From an uncultured Gammaproteobacteria bacterium (GTDB lineage Bacteria > Pseudomonadota > Gammaproteobacteria > Burkholderiales > Sulfuricellaceae), in assembly GCA_963779055.1 (NCBI GenBank), contig CAVZWN010000004.1, positions 610,233 to 674,232 on the forward strand: 64,000 nucleotides of DNA, read 5' to 3'. Under the pieces are notes generated by a model. That model did not search any database and was not told where the DNA came from. It worked only from the letters and a program-made list of their open reading frames with translations. Shown here one piece after another: positions 61,683 to 64,000 of this stretch (within the stretch, counting starts at the first letter, position 1; each line of letters starts with the position of its first letter). The position numbers were made by a program, and so were the translations under genes.

Positions 61683-61846
61683 TCTTTGCCCCTGTTTTTG
61701 TCCCACACATAACGGTTGAAGCGCTGCCAGCGGCTCTGTTTGTTCGCCAGCTTGCTCACGGATTTTTCTGCCTGCTGCCATTGCAGCGCCTTCTGCTGCT
61801 TCTTTTGCAACAGTTCGAGCAGCAGATCGGAGGCTTTCTTGCTCAT
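61679..61846 (-). CDS. 55-codon K/Q-rich ORF ATGA-coupled to the quinone oxidoreductase start
   Basis: MSKKASDLLLELLQKKQQKALQWQQAEKSVSKLANKQSRWQRFNRYVWDKNRGKE. Its TGA overlaps ATG 61682. Below the track cut-off, and no family recognised. Confidence 0.25.
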   Translation of the reverse strand: MSKKASDLLLELLQKKQQKALQWQQAEKSVSKLANKQSRWQRFNRYVWDKNRGKE

Positions 61847-61875
61847 GGCTCGTTTACTCAGAGTAGAGGTACCTA

Positions 61876-62052
61876 TGTTAAACCTGGAAAAATCCGTTAG
61901 CCACAGAGAACACAGAGTTCACAGAGGAATATCAACTGGTAATGCGGTGTTGGTGACACACCCAATGGGTACACGGAGAACATTCATGAGTGCCGTGTTA
62001 TCTCTGTGTTCTCCGTGTGCTCTGTGGCTTGAACTGAGGTTTTTAGGTTAAA
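61876..62052. repeat. REP/MITE-like long imperfect palindrome of the CAC(A/G)GAG 9-mer family
   Basis: Arms AGCCACAGAGAACACAGAGTTCACAGAGG (61899-) and TTATCTCTGTGTTCTCCGTGTGCTCTGTGGCT (-62029). Outer arms contain GTTAAACCTG (61877-61886) and GTTAAACTTG (62047-62056). It shares a 20-nt string with the element at 8116-8195. Confidence 0.6.
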
Positions 62053-62082
62053 CTTGAGGACTGATTTTTTCGAGTCTGAATC

Positions 62083-63187
62083 ATGTCTGGCAACACTCTC
62101 GGCAAACTATTTTGCGTCACTTCCTTCGGTGAATCCCATGGCCCTGCCATTGGTTGCGTGGTGGATGGCTGCCCGCCGGGACTGGAAATTTCCGCCGAGG
62201 ACATCCAGCTCGATCTGGACCGGCGCAAGCCGGGCACTTCGCGCCATGTCACCCAGCGCCGCGAGTCGGATACGGTAGAAATCCTCTCCGGCGTATTCGA
62301 AGGCAAAACCACCGGCACCCCCATCGCCCTCCTGATCCGCAACGAGGACCAGCGCAGCAAGGATTACGGCAACATCGCCGAAACCTTCCGCCCCGGCCAT
62401 GCCGACTACACCTACACACAGAAATATGGCTTCCGCGACCATCGCGGTGGCGGCCGTTCCAGTGCGCGCGAAACGGCAGTGCGCGTGGCGGCTGGCGCAG
62501 TCGCCAAAAAATGGCTGCAGGAACGCTACGGCGTCGTGATCCGGGGGTATATGTCGCAACTGGGCCCGATCGAAGTGCCGTTCAGAAGCTGGGATGACGT
62601 GAGCCAGAATCCCTTTTTCGTCGCCGACAGCAGCTTCACGCAGCAACTTGAAGATTACATGGACAGCTCTACGCAAATCAGGCGACTCGATTGGCGCAAA
62701 ACTCACCGTGGTGGCCGAAAACGTCCCGGTGGGCTGGGGTGAGCCGGTGTATGACCGCCTTGACGCCGATATCGCCTACGCGCTGATGAGCATCAACGCG
62801 GCCAAAGGCGTGGAGATTGGCGCCGGTTTTGGCTGCGTGATACAGAAAGGCTCGGAGCACGGCGACGAACTGACGCCGCAGGGCTTCGCCAGCAACCACG
62901 CCGGCGGCATTCTGGGCGGCATTTCCAGCGGCCAGGACGTGGTCGCGCATATCGCCATCAAGCCCACTTCCAGCATCCGCATCCCGCGCCACTCGATCAA
63001 TCAGGCTGGGGAAGCCATCATGGTCGAAACCCATGGCCGCCATGACCCCTGTGTCGGCATCCGTGCCACGCCTATCGCCGAAGCCATGCTGGCTATTGTG
63101 CTAATGGACCATGCCTTGCGTCAGCGCGCACAGAACGCCGACGTGGTATGTGACACACCAAAAATTCCCGCTCACATTCAGAAATAG
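62083..63187 (+). CDS. aroC: Chorismate synthase, one apparent +1 nt frameshift near 62665
   Basis: [33 protein letters not shown]...QLEDYMD (ORF 62083..) joins [27 protein letters not shown]...GRHDPCVG (ORF 62648..63187). Confidence 0.92.
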
Positions 63188-63209
63188 ATTCAAAACCAAG
63201 GAGATTCAT

Positions 63210-63443
63210 ATGCTGGAATATCACGAACTGACCAAGGAATTTCCAGAATTAAAGGACAGGATTCACGACATGAAAGTCGGCAACGCGCATTTTGCAAAGC
63301 TGTTCGAAGAGTACCACCTGCTTGACCGCGACATCCTGCGCATCGAACAGGAACTCGAACCGGCTTCCGATGTGCGCGCGGAAGACCTGAAAAAGAAACG
63401 TCACGCACTCAAGGACACTCTCTACCAGATGCTGCAAGACTGA
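63210..63443 (+). CDS. DUF465-family small protein (YdcH-like)
   Basis: ATG 63210 follows AAGGAG. MLEYHELTKEFPELKDRIHDMKVGNAHFAKLFEEYHLLDRDILRIEQ. Confidence 0.8.
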   Translation: MLEYHELTKEFPELKDRIHDMKVGNAHFAKLFEEYHLLDRDILRIEQELEPASDVRAEDLKKKRHALKDTLYQMLQD

Positions 63444-63464
63444 TTTGAACTGAATCCAGTTCGT

Positions 63465-63498
63465 GCCGCCGTTTTACGCTGCAACGGCGGCGTTTTTC
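63465..63498 (+). terminator. Rho-independent terminator
   Basis: GCCGCCGTT-(9 nt)-AACGGCGGC followed by GTTTTTC, 20 nt after the DUF465 stop. Confidence 0.7.
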
Positions 63499-63501
63499 TG
63501 A

Positions 63502-64000
63502 ATGCCTCAAGCCCTCCCCTACTGGCGCCTGTCCGGTTTCTATTTCTTCTACTTCGCCTTTGTCGGCGCTATGACCCCATTCTGGGGGCTGTACCTGAAA
63601 TCACTCGATTTCACCGCTTTCCAGATCGGCATTCTGATGTCGCTGCTGCAGGTGATGCGCATTTTTGCACCCAATATCTGGGGCTGGGCAGCAGACCATA
63701 GCGGCAAGCGCGTGGCTATCGTGCAGGTTGCCGCAGTATTAAGCATGGTGTCCTATATCGGCGTGTTTTTCGGCACCAGCTTCCTGTGGCTATTTATCGT
63801 GATGTCGCTGATCAGTTTTTTCTGGAGCGCCTCGCTGCCGCTGGTCGAAGCCACCACGCTGAGTCACCTTGGCGAGCGCACCGACAAATACGGGCGCATC
63901 CGCCTGTGGGGGTCGGTCGGCTTCATCTTCGCCGTGGTCGCGCTGGGCTACATTCTGGATTTCGTTCCGATTCGTTTTCTGCTCTGGGCGATTCTCGGCA
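63502..64000 (+). CDS. MFS transporter (HcaT/PPP-like), N-terminal 166 aa; runs off the right edge
   Basis: Not in the track because it is open-ended. Hand translation from ATG 63502 gives MPQALPYWRLSGFYFFYFAFVGAMTPFWGLYLKSLDFTAFQIGILMSLLQVMRIFAPNIWGWAADHSGKR... Confidence 0.75.
   Translation, partial: MPQALPYWRLSGFYFFYFAFVGAMTPFWGLYLKSLDFTAFQIGILMSLLQVMRIFAPNIWGWAADHSGKRVAIVQVAAVLSMVSYIGVFFGTSFLWLFIVMSLISFFWSASLPLVEATTLSHLGERTDKYGRIRLWGSVGFIFAVVALGYILDFVPIRFLLWAILG

Overview
This is a GC-rich chromosomal segment whose gene order is typical of a betaproteobacterium. A Nitrosomonadales/Gallionellaceae-like origin is only a guess and cannot be verified here. Most of the window is core operons. 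In order these are: ribF-ileS-lspA-fkpB-ispH; a YeeE-type sulfur transporter; queC-queE fused to the ybgF-pal-tolB-tolA-tolR-tolQ-ybgC cluster; ruvB, ruvA-ruvC and yebC; a DUF853 ATPase; a glutaredoxin; hemF; and a four-gene Mla-like ABC transporter. Then come a NUDIX hydrolase; the complete nuoA-N operon preceded by tpiA-secG-tRNA-Leu(GAG); an Irr-like Fur-family regulator; folE; hemW-pncA-rdgB-rph; and a PP2C phosphatase/Ser-Thr kinase pair. The right end holds yicC, an Aer-like chemoreceptor, an SDR, a PRMT-like methyltransferase, a quinone oxidoreductase, aroC, a DUF465 protein and a partial MFS transporter. The left edge carries the N-terminal part of an MtrA/MtoA-like multihaem cytochrome, divergent from a Crp/Fnr regulator, with an FNR-type box between them. 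Two accessory insertions stand out. (1) A ~4.2 kb visibly AT-richer island (about 46.7-50.9 kb) holds two translationally coupled genes: a 263-aa protein with a D...ExK nuclease-like signature and an ~860-aa Ski2-like DExH helicase. This is the Hachiman (HamA/HamB) type of anti-phage architecture and is my top candidate for the system of interest; family membership cannot be confirmed without HMM searches. (2) A mazE-mazF plus orphan higA cassette splits ruvA from ruvB. I also see about 14 single-nucleotide reading-frame breaks in otherwise well conserved, mostly essential genes (ileS x4, nuoL, nuoK, nuoH, aroC and others). At least four of them sit in short homopolymer runs, so assembly error is more likely than real pseudogenes. 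Three REP/MITE-like palindromic elements lie in intergenic regions. No rRNA, CRISPR array, integrase or transposase was seen.
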